In this document: positions 62,401 through 64,000 of the stretch, piece after piece
Position numbering within the stretch: position 1 is the stretch's first letter
Layout: each line of letters opens with the position of its first letter
Origin: Candidatus Eiseniibacteriota bacterium
GTDB taxonomy: Bacteria > Eisenbacteria > RBG-16-71-46 > CAIMUX01 > VGJL01
DNA: 64,000 bases
NCBI GenBank assembly: GCA_963792585.1
Contig: CAWBWI010000004.1
Span: 266,548 to 330,547, forward strand
Reading direction: 5' to 3'
Position numbers and translations under genes: made by a program
Notes under the pieces: model-generated
What the model saw: only the letters and a program-made list of their open reading frames with translations
Told to the model about the DNA's origin: nothing
Database searches by the model: none

Positions 62401-64000
62401 ATGGGCACATAAGTGGAGCATGGACGATGCCGACGTCCGCATGATCACCGCCACGCAGAGGACCTCGAGCAGGAGGCGTACGCGCCGGCGGCTCCGGCTC
62501 CGACCTGTTCCATCGGCTCCACGTGATCAAGATTCGGATCCCGCCCCGGCTCCGCGAACGGCCCGGAGATGTCGCGCTGCTCCTCGAGCACTTCCTCCTC
62601 CACTTCGCGCGGACACAGCGGAAAGCCCAAGCTGCGGTGGAGTCCCGCGGCGTTGACGGTCTCGAGCGGACGGCCTTGCACCAGGCAATCTGCGGGAGAA
62701 ATCGTGACGACCTCTGTGAAGACGGCGGCTTCTGTTTGCGGGGCCGACGACGATCTCCCCAAGGACATTCCCGAGTCGATCGCGTCGGATCGCGTTGTTC
62801 CATTCGCCGGGACGGGAGCAGCATCCGCCCTCGAATTTGCCGAGACAGAGGGGCCCCTGGTTCGATGGAGATTGAGCGGCAGCCATGGCGCAGTGGAGAA
62901 GGCGGGTGGAAGCGTGGGGCAGCCGCCGCCGCTTCCTCTCCAGAAGTGGGACGGGGGCAGTTCCCGTATGGCATGGAGAAGCTGGCGCTGGTCGCCGCCG
63001 AGAGGATGCCGCCCCCGGCGCGCCGCGGGCGGCCGACGCGCGCGGTCCGCCGGCCCGGCGGCAGTGAGGGGGCGATCAGAGCGCCTAGGTTCCTGCAGAA
63101 CGGAGATAAATAGCCAGGCGCAAGAGGCACGACGGCAGCGAGATCAACAAGCCCGCGGGAAGCTCCTGCCAAGCCCCGCCGAACCTGATGGGAATCACCG
63201 TGAGCTGAGAAGGGAAGCGCCCGTGGAGGAGAAATTCGCAAGCCCCAGGACAGTACCTCGCAGATCGGATCATCCTCTTCGTTCCTGGATCGTGCGCATC
63301 GCATCCTCCTTGGTGGGCAAGTAGCCGGGGTGGAACGAGCCCTGCCACGCGTCTGGAGTTCGGGGGTCTGGCCGAAGAGAAGGCCTCCACGAGAAGCCCG
63401 CGTATCGGGGCTCGCCTCGCCGGAGGTCGCCGGGACGGGGTCGTCACGACATGGCGGGTCCACCTTCATCCGGACTCTCCCTATCGATTGCACTTCTCCG
63501 CCAGGCGGATGCGCGCACGGTGGACTTTCACCTTGCCGCAGTCGGAGATCCCCAGCGCCGGGGCGATCTCCTCGTAGGGCCGTTCCTCTTCGACGCGCAT
63601 CAGGAGCGCGGCCCGGTCGATCTCCGGCAGGCAGGCGAGCACGCGTTGGACGGCGTCGATCTCCTCTTGGCGCGACGGATGGGTCCCGGATCGGGCAGTA
63701 CCGGATCGATCGGCGTCTGCTTCGACGCGCGCCGCCTCCTCTTCAGGTAGAGATTGCGGCGATCGTGAGCAGGTGTAGCTCACGGTCGCCGCCGCAGGAT
63801 CATCACGCACCCCCAGGCGCGCCAGCGAAGGTTTCGGACACGATGTCCTCCGCCTCCGCCGCGTCGCCGCACAGCCAGTAGGCGAATCGCGTGCACGTGC
63901 GGGCGCGTACGCCCTGTAGATCTCCTCGATCGCGCTCATGCAGCCATCTCGCAGTAACATGCTGGGGACCCGGAGGCCTACCGAAAAGAGGCGATCGTCG
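59449..64000. other. Error-rich inverted copy of ~54705-59421 (dnaK, DUF1844, grpE, activator, anti-sigma, ECF); probable fold-back chimera
   Basis: CCGCCGAGGTC (59411) pairs with GACCTCGGCGG (59449). All downstream sequence mirrors upstream genes with dense indels. Confidence 0.93.

Noticed and set aside
59449..64000. Second dnaK/grpE/ECF locus as a genuine duplication
   Set aside because: It is an exact positional mirror with noise; interpreted as an artefact.

Overview
High-GC bacterial DNA, apparently a long-read assembly with many single-base indels. The gene content (FlgD-Ig/T9SS-like C-terminal domains, TTWGxxKxx[YF]R C-termini) suggests a Ca. Eisenbacteria/Krumholzibacteriota/Latescibacterota-like organism; this is inference only. 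Zone 1 (1-27.4 kb) is an array of ten co-oriented minus-strand genes for secreted modular proteins. They are built from shuffled parts: RCC1, SBBP and LVIVD beta-propellers, beta-helices, a 6-Cys GACC...PNPC linker, and one of two alternative C-terminal tags. The genes are separated by about 8 co-oriented copies of a non-coding repeat with ~61-bp internal periodicity, plus an IS and gene debris. The LVIVD gene has 14 near-identical DNA units that vary mainly at four codons. Zone 2 (27.9-59.4 kb) holds core genes: DUF169, an OCD/Ala dehydrogenase, glgD-glgC, a probable selenocysteine rhodanese fusion (in-frame UGA plus hairpin), two M14 carboxypeptidases, atl, tRNA-Asp, a peptidoglycan-recycling operon (murQ-OMP-anmK-spoIID-nagZ), a fur-feoB-Cys-rich-dtxR operon, a four-gene uncharacterised membrane cluster, ECF sigma/anti-sigma, a sigma54 activator, grpE, DUF1844 and dnaK. 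Zone 3 (59.45-64 kb) is a noisy inverted copy of 54.7-59.4 kb, almost certainly a fold-back read artefact.
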